The notes under the pieces are model-generated. The model made no database searches, was not told the origin of the DNA, and was given only the letters and a program-made list of their open reading frames with translations. Source: Eledone cirrhosa (Eukaryota). Taken from it: a stretch of 64,000 nt of DNA. This document shows positions 41,280-55,586 of this stretch, piece by piece. The position numbers and the translations under genes are program-made. Position 1 is the first letter of the stretch, and every line of letters begins with the position of its first letter. The stretch spans positions 267,654,001 to 267,718,000 of the forward strand of contig OZ024740.1 of assembly GCA_964016885.1 (NCBI GenBank), read 5' to 3'.

Positions 41280-42253
41280 AGCATTCCCCAGGGCTCTGTG
41301 TTGGGCCCAATTCTCTTCCTCTATACATCAACAACATGCCGGATGTGATTGGTGGAAACGTGCTTCTATTTGCAGATGATGTGAAAATGGTAGCCTGTAG
41401 GAGCGAGATCGACAATCTCAAGTCCAGCCTCCAGCGCGCCTGGAGTTGATCTATTGACTGGGATTTATACCTCAATGTCGATAAGTGTTGCCATATGGCA
41501 GTGGGTACACCTTATAACCAGCTCTTACCTTCAACAGTGACACTGCTCCTTTGAAGGAGGTTGAGGAGCCTAAAGATCTTGGTCTGCTGGTCGACTCGTC
41601 CTTCAAACCATCAAAACATTGCATTCAAGTTGCAAACAAGGCAAGGAGCTCTCTTTTTCTTATTCGACGCTCCTTTGCCAAACTTACTCCAGAAATGTTC
41701 AGGCCTCTCTATGTCGCCCTCGGGAGACCGCACCTAGAATATGGCATCCAAGCATCAAACCCATATCTCATCCGGGATATCCATCACTTGGAGAGTGTTC
41801 AACGACTAGCGACTCGAATGGTACAGGGTCTTCATGAGCTGCCCTACGAAAGCCGGCTGCAGAAGCTGAACCTCTCCTCCTTGGAACGTCGACGGCTAAG
41901 AGGCGATCTTATTTTGGCTTACAATCTCTTCAATGGCCATTACGATCTCCCTCAAGATCTCCTATTCACTCCGGCACTTGAAAGGGGTCTACGTGGACAT
42001 GACAAAAAGCTGCTTCACCATCGCTTTCGCCTAAATAGACGGAAAGCTACTTTCTTGATCCGCATCTCTGGACCCTGGAATCGGCTTCCAGAAGTAGTAG
42101 TCAACGCATCAACCATGCAACAATTCAAGGCGAAATTGGACCTCTGTTGGACCACTGTGTTTTGGACTGTGTAAATTTTGCCCTCCTTACATGGCATCTG
42201 AAGCGTCTATGTTTTAATTTCTGCCAAATATATTGAATTGAATTGAATTGAAA
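41280..42253 (+). mobile_element. 5'-truncated CR1-clade LINE, frameshifted
   Basis: PQGSVLGP, LFADDVK, PKDLG, RPHLEYG, LERRRLRGDLI, GHDKKL, WNRLP; (ATTGA)n tail at 42232-42252. Confidence 0.9.
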
Positions 42254-42883
42254 ATATGTGTGTTGGAGTGGATGCCCTACAGTCTGCTCTAGGCAAACAT
42301 AAAAATTAAAATATTTATGGAAGAAAAAAATAGCCAATTGTAACATTTACCTCCTGTTCCCTTCTCTGAAAATTTATAGTGGCAAAAGTGAAGTGAAATG
42401 GTTTTAACCTGGAATCAGAATAGATTTGTGAACTCATCTAACAAGAAACTCATATCTTGCTTGACAGTATGTGTGTGTATGTTGTATCCCTGTATGTCTC
42501 ATAACATAGCAAAATGACAAATAGAGATTGATAAAATAAGAATCAGACAGTAACAATAACTGAGATTGATATGATAAACTAAAGTCATTTGAAGGCAATG
42601 CCCCAGCTTGGCAACAGTTCAATGACAGACCAGTATAAAAGTATATTCATACATATTAATAAACTAACATGCATTGTTTATGTATATATACACATCTATA
42701 AAATTAACCTTGTTTTAAAGACTCAATGTGTATATGTTTAAGTTATTAACCCAAAGGCTAAAGTTCTGCTTCTGTTACAGTACTGTGTTATTAGTCTATC
42801 ATTCTTAAATACCAGCTGTATCAATTTGTGTAAACAAACAAGCTTCTCAATTTTCAAAATTATCATTCAATTGATGCTAAGAA

Positions 42884-43082
42884 TATGAGGATTGGCTGAA
42901 AAGTTGATAGGCTGACCAAGATAGTCCCATAGAATGACCAAATAAGGATTATTTTTCAACAGTCCCTAGAAGGAAATAATGTAGATATTGATAAGGAGAA
43001 TTGAAATTAACGCATGCAAGATTTCACAGCACTAGCATAAATCCTTCATAGTCAGCCTATTAACTTTTCAGCTGAGCCTTGA
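42884..43082. mobile_element. Mariner-type MITE, same family as 3857-4053
   Basis: Same TIRs, with the internal sequence reverse-complemented. Confidence 0.8.
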
Positions 43083-44119
43083 ACAACACAATATTACATA
43101 AACAAATAAAACTTTCCCCATAAATCACAGATGTCTTATACAAGCATTAAGATTTAGCAGAAGAATTTAGGGTCCTAAATAGATTAGAGGTAAACAAATT
43201 TCTCTCTTGTGTCAGTTTTAATGATGGATCTTTCAGGTGTTTGATCAATAGAACAGCATACTCATTGAATTATAGTGAATGAATTGTTACATTGTGGTTA
43301 GAGAATTGGATTCACAATCATGAGGTAGGGAGTTTGATTCCCAATCTGGTCACATATTGTAACATGTCAATTCTGTCTAAAGATTAGTTTAGCGAAACAA
43401 TCAACAAGATTTGAGACTTTGTTTGCTTACCAAGTGGGGTGGATCATCAAATTGGACCAAGGAAACAATGTTTCCATTGATTTTTCCATTGCTGATACTA
43501 TGTACCTGTCGCAACTCCTGGCAGAATGAGCAGCCTGAAATGATGTGTCTTGCTCAAGGACATAATGCATCACCTGATCTGGGAATCGAACTTGTCACCT
43601 CACGATTGTGACTCCAATTCTCTAACCACTAAGTCACCCACCTTCACTATTCATAGATTATATTAAGTGTACAAGTATCTATTAACTACTCATCCATTTA
43701 CTATAATTCAATGAGTTAGCAGCTCCTGATTCAGCTTGAGAATTATGTTAATGATACATATGTCTATGGAATACTCAGCCACTTACATGTTAATTTAATG
43801 AGCTGAGCTAGATATCAATTTGATTGAACAACTGAATGCTCATCGTTGACACTGATGAAGGATCCATCACATTTAATCAAGAAGAATTAATGTGTCTCTT
43901 TAGTTAGAGACAATGAGATATCTTTGGCAGTATCTGCTATCTGCTATTTTAATCTGCTTAGCAATTTTCACTATTTCACATTTCTACACCAAACAAAAAT
44001 ACAGAAAAATAAGATATCTTATCAATGATGTTAATACCTGACAAATATAAATTAACTGTAAAATATCTCTGGACCTAAATACGCAGCAAGACTAAATACA
44101 TATAGATATATTCTTCTTT

Positions 44120-44450
44120 GCCCACTTATTCCTGGGAGGGTTGTAGGGGTAGAGTCCTCAAGAACAGCTTTCAATGAGTTCTGTCAGAACAGACATCTCC
44201 AAATGATCTGGCTGGATCCCCAAGCGAGACCAGCCAAGCTCATGAATGTTATCCAACCATCTTGCTCAGGATCTACCCCTGGGTCTCCTGCCAGTTGGTT
44301 TTTGTGCATAAAATCTGTCAAGAGATTCTTTCCTGAGACAATCTAACTACTTATCTGTTATCTCTCAATTTGAAGAAGTAGCAGCTCTAACTGGAGTGAC
44401 TATCTGATCTCCGAGCTATGCATTCTATTGATTAACATTACTCGAAAGAC
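44120..44450 (-). mobile_element. RTE-like 3' fragment, same family as 12880-13665
   Basis: Direct similarity to 12884-13210 (tgatctggctggatccccaagcgagaccagccaagctcatg). Confidence 0.75.
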
Positions 44451-45589
44451 ATGTGGATATGATTTTGTATATTTCTCAAAGTATATAGACTACCAGTTCA
44501 TAGGTGGTCTTCAGTTGAATTCCTGGGCAAATAACCTATTAATGAGACAGTGAAGTAACTTCTACGTGATCAGTTGATCTAGAAGAAATAGCAGGCATGA
44601 GGTGTCAGAAAAAGACAATACTTTTAGTAAGAGTCTTCACAATTGAATTCCTTTTCAAGACATCTCATTTAGAGCTAGCTCACATTTGTGACTCCTTGAA
44701 ATGTCTGCATGTGTCAGTGTATTACCTCTTGAAAAACAGCATTGGTAAAGCTAACTGAATCAAGATGGGGGTAACCAATGAGTTTTAAACTCTTAGTGCA
44801 ATTCTTTGGGAATTTGTCATTCTACTCTTCTGAAGACTGGAATTCTGGCAGACTGTATAGGAAATTCAACCATCATTGTAGGACGTCTGTCTTCAGAATT
44901 CATAGACTGCTCAGTTCAACCTACTGCCTCATAGTAGGACTCAAGGGCTGGACTTTCATCTGCTGAAGCCCTAAGCTATATGAAATTTGAGGCTCTTCTC
45001 AAAAAGATTCGGGTAAAAGAATTTTAAATAATCATGCATGATTATTTTTATATTAATGTTAATGATATGTTGGGTGTTAGGAAGGGCATCCAGCTGTAGA
45101 AACCAAGCCAAAATCAGTTCTGTATGAGCAAGACATGGTCACCTGACCTGACCTGACATTGCTCACAACAACAACCTGTTTAACCCATGCTAGAATGGAT
45201 GTAAAACGGCGGTGATGATGATGATGATGATGATGGTATAATGATAAATAATAAATATATATAACATTTTATGATTTATTATTAAAGAATAGAAACTAAT
45301 GATAAAATAAAAATATACTTTTGAAAATAAGGACCCCGTGGATGTGTGGCTTTCAGCTTTAGCTTATAGGTAAAGTACAGCACTGTAGGACTCTATTGAG
45401 CAGGAAATCCAACTCTGTAACAATTCTAATTGTCCACTACTTTTGCTAGTGGTACTTTTTATTTGTCAACTCCAGAAAAATGATAGGTAAACTCAATATG
45501 TAAAGTCCTGTAACTAAATACTTGAAGGGCATTTTGCCTGATATTCTAGCAATTCTCCTTGTCTAATCTAGTGCTGTAATTTAGCTATA

Positions 45590-46245
45590 GAGTACACTTC
45601 AGTACACTACATTATACTAGAGTACAGTACAGTGCATTATACTAGCGTACAGTACAGACATTATACCAGAGCATAGTACAGTACAGTACATTATACTAGA
45701 GTATAGAACAGTAATTTATACTACAGTACAGTACATTATACTCGAGTATAGAACAGTACGTTATACTACAGTACAGTACATTATACCACAGTACAGTACA
45801 AAACCTCATACTAGAGTACAATACGTTATAATAGAGTATAGTACAGTACATTATACTACAGTACATTATAATAGAGTACAGTGCATTATACCACAGTACA
45901 TTATACAAGAGTACAGTACATTCTATTATACTAGAGTACAGTAGATTATACTAGAGTATAGTACACTACATTATAATACAATACAGTACATTATACTACA
46001 GTATAGTACATTATACCACAGTACAGTACAAAACCTCATACTAGAGTACATTATACTAGAGTACAGTGCATTATACTAGAGTACAGTACAATACGTTATA
46101 ATAGAGTATAGTACAGTACATTATACTACAGTACATTATAATAGAGTACAGTGCATTATACCACAGTACAGTACATTATACAAGAGTACAGTACATTTTA
46201 TTATACTAGAGTACAGTAGATTATACTAGTGTACAGTGCAGCACT
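45590..46245 (+). repeat. About 20-bp minisatellite (agtacagtacattatactag)
   Basis: Repeated agtac and attatact modules, with a higher-order duplication (45775-45960 similar to 46005-46230). Confidence 0.92.
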
Positions 46246-47192
46246 CTGTAGGCAAGCAACCATGCTTTCTATCATACAGCTTGCCTAGAATGCAACAGAA
46301 ACAAAATAGTTGTAATAACAATAAAATCTTCTGAGTAACAGATGTAATGTAAACTTGAGTGTATCAGTTACAGGTGTTATCTCTAGCAAGACAATTAACC
46401 CCCTTAAAGGGTTTCGCTCTCTCTCTCTCTCTCTCATTCTTTCTTAGTTTTTCAAGAGGTTGAGGTGGGTGTGAGCTCAGAGATGTAATAGTTACATCTT
46501 CTCCATCACCCATCACTGTGTTCTCTCTCTCTCTCCTCCCTCCCCCTCCTCTCTCACTCATGTTTATGTTATTCTTCAAAGAAGTATTTTTATAAGATCA
46601 AAGCTATAGAGACAACAGTAAGTGTGTGACTCTAGCGACAAATATGGTACTAGTGTACTATATATATATATATATATATATTCATCAAGCTAGCTGCGAA
46701 TTCTACAGCATATTTTCTACAACTTCTATCACCACTGTCTATCAACATCGTCGTCATCATCAAAGTATATGGTTTCCTTCACATAAAAACCAGACGACAA
46801 CGACGACGACGACAAATATGACTAACAATTGACTATTGATACTCTGTTTTTCAGCTAATTAATCCATCTAAATTACGTGGATCGTCAAATAACATTTTTT
46901 TTTTTTTTAAGAAAAGATTCTTTATTGTTGTTGTTATTGTTATTGTTGTATTTTAGAGCAACCGCGATATTTTTTCACACTGGAGTTTTTCAAGAAGTGT
47001 CAAGTTCACTTGCTGTCTTACAAGTCTCAAAAACATCATTTGGAAACCGATACGTTCCGATAAATAGCGATAATGGTAGAAGTGAAAGAAAGAGAGAGAA
47101 ACATAACGATTATATATATATATATATATATATAAGAGAGAGAGAGAGAGAGGGAGGGGTGCAGAGAGAAGGAGAGAGAGAGAGAGAGATTA

Positions 47193-47239
<47 letters not shown>

Positions 47240-47449
47240 AAGAGTGGGAGAAAGATATATATATATAAAGAGAGAAGGAGGGAGAGATAAAGAGAGGAAG
47301 ATATATATATATATATATGTAAAGAGAGAGAGAGAGATAAAGCACACTGCATTATTGATGACGGTAATACATAATAATAATAATTATGACACTACCACTG
47401 TCACCACCACTAGCATCAACGATATCAACAACTGCTGAGGTATTTCAAT

Positions 47450-47481
<32 letters not shown>

Positions 47482-49211
47482 AAAAATAATTATAAAAAAA
47501 AACAAAAAGCAAAAAAAAAAATGAAACAAAAAAAAAATGAAACAAAAAAAAAAGAAGCAAACAGAGGGTTGGGGAGACTGAAAGAGAAAAAACAACAACA
47601 ATAACAAAAAAAAAACAACCAAAATATAAAAACAGAAAAAAATTCTGGGGATTGGTTCTGATGGAGAATTCGATCGTTAAGTGGTACTGGTGGTTGGTGA
47701 TAAGGGTAATATTGTTGTTGTTGTTGTTAGTGGTAGCAACGGCAGGTGATAATGAAAGGGTGGAGATGGTAAAAGACTGTTGTTATTTAGTACTAAGCTA
47801 CTACAGCGATCTGGTTCAGTGGTGAAAATGAAAACGAAACTGTCCTAATTTATCTCAATTTATTATTGACATATATCGTGTCAAATCTTTCCATATTGCA
47901 ACATGTACGCATGGTCACATGACTCGCCCCGGCGAGAGGTGAATGAAATCAAACGATTCATCCATGTGACAATTTCTACAAACCGCTTCTGGAACAACAA
48001 CAACAACAACAGAAGCAACAGCAGGAGCTACTACAACAACAACAAGCCAATGGGGGCGGGGGAGCTTCTTTCTACGCGTTGACTTGGCTTAGCCTGCTAG
48101 AAATAGCAGCCAGACACTCATCGAAGCACGTCCTACCGCCTTAAAAGAATTTAAAAAAAAAAAAAAAAAAAAGATACAAAGATATAAAAGACACATTGGT
48201 TAATGTAATCTTAGATATTTCTAAAAAGACGGTATGATCCTAGCTGGAATGTCTTTGATCATAAAGTCTGTTGAACCAGGGTTGACTTAGTGCTAAACAG
48301 TAAGGAACAACAAATCCACAGAAAAGAACACCAAAAACGCTTGTATGATTTTCCGCATCCATTCGTTTACCTTGTAATAGAAGCGATCATTATTGTAGCC
48401 CGCCGAGGTTAACTTTGCCTTTCATCCTTACGGGGTCGATAAAATAAAGTACCAGTAATACACTGGAATAATTGCTGGCCTTGTGCCAAACGTAGAAACA
48501 ATTATTATTATTAAGAGTGTCTGTCAAAATGCTTTGTGGTATTTTAGTTACGACTTTCTACTTTCTGAGTTCAAATCCCACCGAGGTTATCTTTGCCTTT
48601 CATCCTTAAGGTACCAGTAATGCACCGTGGTTTATATAATCGACATTCTCCTACCTCTAAATTGCTGGCCCTGTGCCTATTGTAGAAATCATTATTATTT
48701 GTTGTATAAACGGCAGCAGTAGTTAAACACATACTGTTTCGTTGCCTAAGACTGGGCCTCCTTCGGATACACTTATGTCACATACATGACTATAATACTG
48801 TACAGGTTTCTTTTCGGTGACCCGTCTCTCACTAAGGTCAGACTAAAATAAAACAATAAATAGATAAATAAATAACTCCTCCATTTTTCTCTTCCCTTGA
48901 TTTTTGTTGTTGTTGTTGTCTAAATGTGAAGAAGCATTCGAGTGAAATGTGTCAACTGTCTCAATTAATCCATACATAATATATAATGTGCAGGCCTGGA
49001 AGTCTAAATAAATTATTGTTCAATTTGTCTTTTTCCCCCCTCTGCTGTGAAATATATATACATATGTACTGTATATAAAATATGTAACATAATTTATATA
49101 TATATATGATATGGTGCATTTATATAAATATTGAAACCTAAAAAAATGAATATAAAAGATACTCCTGTATTGAGCACTCTTTTCTCTCAGCCATCAACCA
49201 CATATGAACAT

Positions 49212-49288
<77 letters not shown>

Positions 49289-49578
49289 AAAAGAAAAGGC
49301 GTCTGCTCAAACGCAGTTTATATCGGAAAGGAAATGTATTGAAATTTGCGAAAGAAAATTTAAATACCGCCTCCCTTCACACAAAATATGAATTCAAAAT
49401 AATGTGGTTGGAAATAGGGCAATAATGATAAATATATGTATATACATAGAGATACAAATGAGTGTATGTTGAGTGTGTGTGTATATATATATATATATAT
49501 AACAGAGGAATTGTGATAAGGAACCAGATGGACCATAACGCACCAGAGTACTCAATACTTTGGGTAGTAGAGTAGGAA

Positions 49579-49695
49579 ATAGGAAAAAGTATGACCCTGA
49601 CGGCAGAGCTCAAGCCGTTTCTCCGGCTATTTCGAGTCCACATATAGCCGTCGAAACGGCTTGAGCTCTGCCGTCGGGGTCATACTTTTTCCTAT
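49579..49695. repeat. Near-perfect palindrome, same family as 50934-51050
   Basis: Arms 49579-49630 and 49643-49695. Confidence 0.93.
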
Positions 49696-50344
49696 ATATA
49701 TATATATAAAGAGAGAGAGACAGAGATACAAATGAGTGTATGTTGAGTCTATATACATAGAAATACAAATGAGTGTATGTTGAGTGAATATATATATATA
49801 TAGAGAGAGATACAAATGAGCGTATGTTGTGTCTATATACGTATACATACATACATAGAGAAACAAATGTGTGTATGTTGTCTACACACACACATATATA
49901 TATATAAATGTGTGTGCATAAATAAACAGCTTTACATATGTTCAATATGGTGTGGCCACATACAACACAAATCGAAGAGAATGGCTCCACACACACGTGT
50001 GTATGTGTATAATATATATATATATATGTGTAATATATACATATATGTATGTATGTGTAATATATATATATATATATCTGTGTAATATATATATATATAT
50101 ATATGTATGTATGTGTAATATATATATATATATATATATCTGTGTAATATATATATATATATATATGTATGTGTAATATATATATATGTATGTGTAATAT
50201 GTATATATATATGTATATATGTGTATATGTCTGTATATATGTATATGTGGGTATATATATATGTATGTATGTATATATATGTGTATATATATATGTATGT
50301 ATATATGTGTATATATATATGTATATATACATACATATATATAT

Positions 50345-50387
<43 letters not shown>

Positions 50388-50816
50388 CATATATATATAT
50401 ATATACACACATATATATATATATATACATACATGTACACATATATACACACATATACACACACATGTTTATATATATATATATATATATACATACATAC
50501 ATATATATAGATACATACATATATATATATTGATGAATGTCTGCATAAAGACTTGCAACCTGCATGCATTTATAAATATACAAGGATACATAAGTATCGG
50601 AAATAATTCATTGAGAGAATGTGCTAGGATAAACCACATGTAGCACCAGAGAGTTGAGTTGTAAATATATTAACTCTTTTTGTTTTCAATACTCGGCTGT
50701 ATACTCAGCAACCACTTCGTTCCCATTTCTTTCTATTGCATGTATGTATACACACATAAATATTTATTTACACTCTTACATATATATATATATACACATA
50801 TATACATATATGTATA

Positions 50817-50854
<38 letters not shown>

Positions 50855-50933
50855 CAACGCAGGAAATGTGGTAAGGAACCAGGTGGACCATAACGCACCA
50901 AAGTACTCAATACTTGAGGTAGTAGAGTGGGTA

Positions 50934-51050
50934 ATAGGAACCAGTAAGACCCCGACAGCTGAGCTCAAGCCGTTTCGACGGCTAATTCTGGTCCAGAATT
51001 AGCCGTCGAAACGGCTTGAGCTCAGCTGTCGGGGTCTTACTGGTTCCTAT
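50934..51050. repeat. Perfect palindrome, 58-bp arms, 1-nt centre
   Basis: Checked base by base around T50992. Confidence 0.97.
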
Positions 51051-51120
51051 ATATATATACATATATATATATACATATACATATATATATATATACATAT
51101 ACATATATACATATATATAC

Positions 51121-51151
<31 letters not shown>

Positions 51152-51380
51152 CATATATACATATACACAAATATATATACATATATATATACATATACAC
51201 ATATATATATATACATATATATATATACATATATATATATACATATATATATATACATATATATATACATATATATATATACATATATATATAAATATAT
51301 ATATACATATATATATAAATATATATATATACATATATATATATACATATATATATATATACACATATATATATATACAC

Positions 51381-51411
<31 letters not shown>

Positions 51412-52040
51412 CATATATATATATACATATATATATATACATATACATATACATATATATATACATATATATACATATATATATACATATATATATACAT
51501 ATATATATACATATATATATACATATACATATACATATATATATACATATACATATACATATATATATATACATATATATATACATATATATATATACAT
51601 ATATATATACATATATATATATACATATATATATATACATATATATATACATATATATATATACATATATATATATACATATATATATATACATATATAT
51701 ATATACATATATATATACATATATATATATACATATATACATATATATACATATATATATACATATATACATATATATACATATATATATACATATACAT
51801 ATATATATACATATATACATATATATATACATATATATATACATATATATATACATATATACATATATATATACATATATATATATACATATATATATAC
51901 ATATATATATACATATATATATACATATATATATACACATATATATATATACATATATATACACATATATATATACACATATATATATATACATATATAT
52001 ACATATATATATACATATATATATACATATATATATATAC

Positions 52041-52131
<91 letters not shown>

Positions 52132-52194
52132 TATATATATACACACATATATACATATATATATACATATATATATATACATATATATATACAC

Positions 52195-52239
<45 letters not shown>

Positions 52240-52266
52240 CATATACATATATATATATACATATAC

Positions 52267-52355
<89 letters not shown>

Positions 52356-52961
52356 CATATATATATATATACATATACATATATATATACATATATATAT
52401 ACATATATATACATATATATATACATATATATATACATATATATATACACATATATATATATACACATATATACATATATACACACATATATACACATAT
52501 ATATATACATATATATATACATATATACACATATATATATGCATATATATATACATATATACACATATATATATACATATATATATACATATATATATAC
52601 ATATATATATACATATATATACATATATACATATATATACATATATACATATATATACATATATATATACATATATACATATATACATATATATATACAT
52701 ATATATATATACATACATATATACATATATACATATATATTACATATATATACATATATATTACATATATATACATATATATTACATATATATACATATA
52801 TATATATACATATATATATATACATATATATATTTACATGTATATATATACATATATATATTTACATGTATATATATACATATATATACATACATATACA
52901 TATATATATACATATATATATATATATACATATATATACATATATATATACATATATATAT

Positions 52962-53046
<85 letters not shown>

Positions 53047-53050
53047 CATA
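51051..53050 (+). repeat. 2-kb irregular (TA)n/CA microsatellite
   Basis: Almost entirely atatatac-type units with virtually no G on the plus strand. Confidence 0.97.
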
Positions 53051-53066
53051 GTTTTAATATAGATGA

Positions 53067-53115
53067 GATTCTACATGACTAGAACTGTTTCATTCTTTAG
53101 AAATCATCAGGAATC
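53067..53115 (-). ncRNA. Minimal type I hammerhead motif
   Basis: gattc-CTGATGA-tttctaaagaat-GAAA-cagttctagtcatg-TA-gaatc. Confidence 0.75.
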
Positions 53116-53264
53116 CCTTTTATACTCTGCTATGTATTGAGTACCTTACTTACTGTGGTTACCTCCGATTCAACCCGGAATAACGTATATATATACATAT
53201 ATATACATACATATATACATATATATACATACATATATATATATATACATACATATACATATAC

Positions 53265-53315
<51 letters not shown>

Positions 53316-53358
53316 CATACATATACATACATACATATATATATATATATACATACAT

Positions 53359-53389
<31 letters not shown>

Positions 53390-53396
53390 CATGCAT

Positions 53397-53427
<31 letters not shown>

Positions 53428-53788
53428 CATACATACATACATATATATATATACATACATATATATATATATACATACATATATATATATATACATGCAT
53501 ACATATACATACATACATATATATACATACATACATATATATATATACATATATATATATATACATTTATACACACACACACGTATACATACGTTTTCTC
53601 TCAAAACATGTTATATTGAAGACATGGTTGTGTTAACGATTTATCTTATAATTTTTTTTATTAAATTTGCATATATCGTCATTAGTCCTTTATGCTTAAT
53701 CTGGAGCAAACAATGATGTTCCTAAGTATTTACACACACTATATATATATATTTATATATAATGATTAAATATTTATATATATATTTG

Positions 53789-53847
<59 letters not shown>

Positions 53848-53937
53848 ATATATATATACACCATGTTGGAAGGCGTAACTAATGGGTTGATCTGATCATA
53901 CATATATATATGGTGTATATATATATATATATATATG

Positions 53938-53990
<53 letters not shown>

Positions 53991-55130
53991 TTTTGGTGCA
54001 ATTGCATCGCCGAAGACTAGGGTCTTGTATTAGCTTTTGCTACATTCTTGACGATATCTGTTGATTCCTTCCCGCTAGACTTTTACATTAATCCGGTTTG
54101 ATCCACACGTTAAAAGACATTTCAAATGTGAAGTGACAACCATCTATCTTCTTCCTCTCATAACATACATAATATACATACATGACGTACACATAACATA
54201 CATAATATACATTCATACATAATATACTTACATACATGCATAATATGTATACACACAAACATGCATACATACATACATAACATACACACATAACATACAT
54301 TACATGTACAACATATATTACATTTAAAGTGGTTACATTGAACAGAACGAATTTATCTTTGACATTCTAAATTATATAGTAGCAGGGGAAAATATTCTTG
54401 ATTTTCATCTTACGATCAACAACATGTTACTTGTGACAAATCGAATAACATGTCAGTCAGCATTAGAAATAAAAATAATTTCTTTAAAATTTGTCCAGAA
54501 GGCCCAATATATCGAAGGACAGTAAATATAAAGGCGAAATAAATAGACAGGAGGAAAAACAAACAAGTAGCGGTAAGGAGGGTGGGGATTATATATCTGA
54601 TTATATATCTGATAAAAGGATGAGCCCAAATAAATAGATAAATATTAATGATGACCATGATGATTTCTTATATTGGCAACTAGGGCTTATATTGTTAGGG
54701 GCTGGGTTTGGTTTACAACAGGCAAAAGGGGGACATCGACTAAGGAAAGAACAAAAAAAAAAACAAACAAACAGATTTAACAATGACAATAATTGTAATA
54801 AAGAGTAATAATAATAACGCTAATAAAAAGTAATGATAATTATTATACAATTATTATAGATGTTAGTTAATAATGTATAGTATTGAAGTCAGCAGAGAGA
54901 AAAGACGACACTGTTCATTCATGGTGGTCGGTTTTTCAAAATGAAAATAACACGTCCACACATGTTCAGTATGTATTTGTAATAGCCATGGATGGAGAGG
55001 GGATGGTTTGATAACCAATTAAAGGAACCATAAAACCACAATGTATACACAGGGAAGGGCCCCCTTCCACATAAGCGTGCGGTCAGAGAGGTTTTCAAAG
55101 ACATAAAAAAGATAGATTACAGTCTCTCTC

Positions 55131-55176
<46 letters not shown>

Positions 55177-55330
55177 AGAGAGAGGGGTTTATATATATGT
55201 ATATATATTACATAGGATTATACATATCTCTATACCCACCCTGCATCTCCCCATGTATTGAGTACTCCCATGAATAGTGGTCTCTCTTCTGTCTTAACAC
55301 CGTAGACAATGTAAACATATATTGCCAAAT

Positions 55331-55398
<68 letters not shown>

Positions 55399-55525
55399 TA
55401 CATTTGCAAACACAAGGAAAAATCGTCAATATCAAAACAATATTATATATATACACATTTTATTATGTTTCTGATCAGCGGTGAAATTGCGAATCTCAGA
55501 GTAGCAACAGATAGTAAAATCAGTA

Positions 55526-55586
<61 letters not shown>

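Noticed and set aside
49610-53716. Y/I/C/M-rich ORFs up to 592 aa
   Set aside because: Translations of (TA)n/(CA)n microsatellite.
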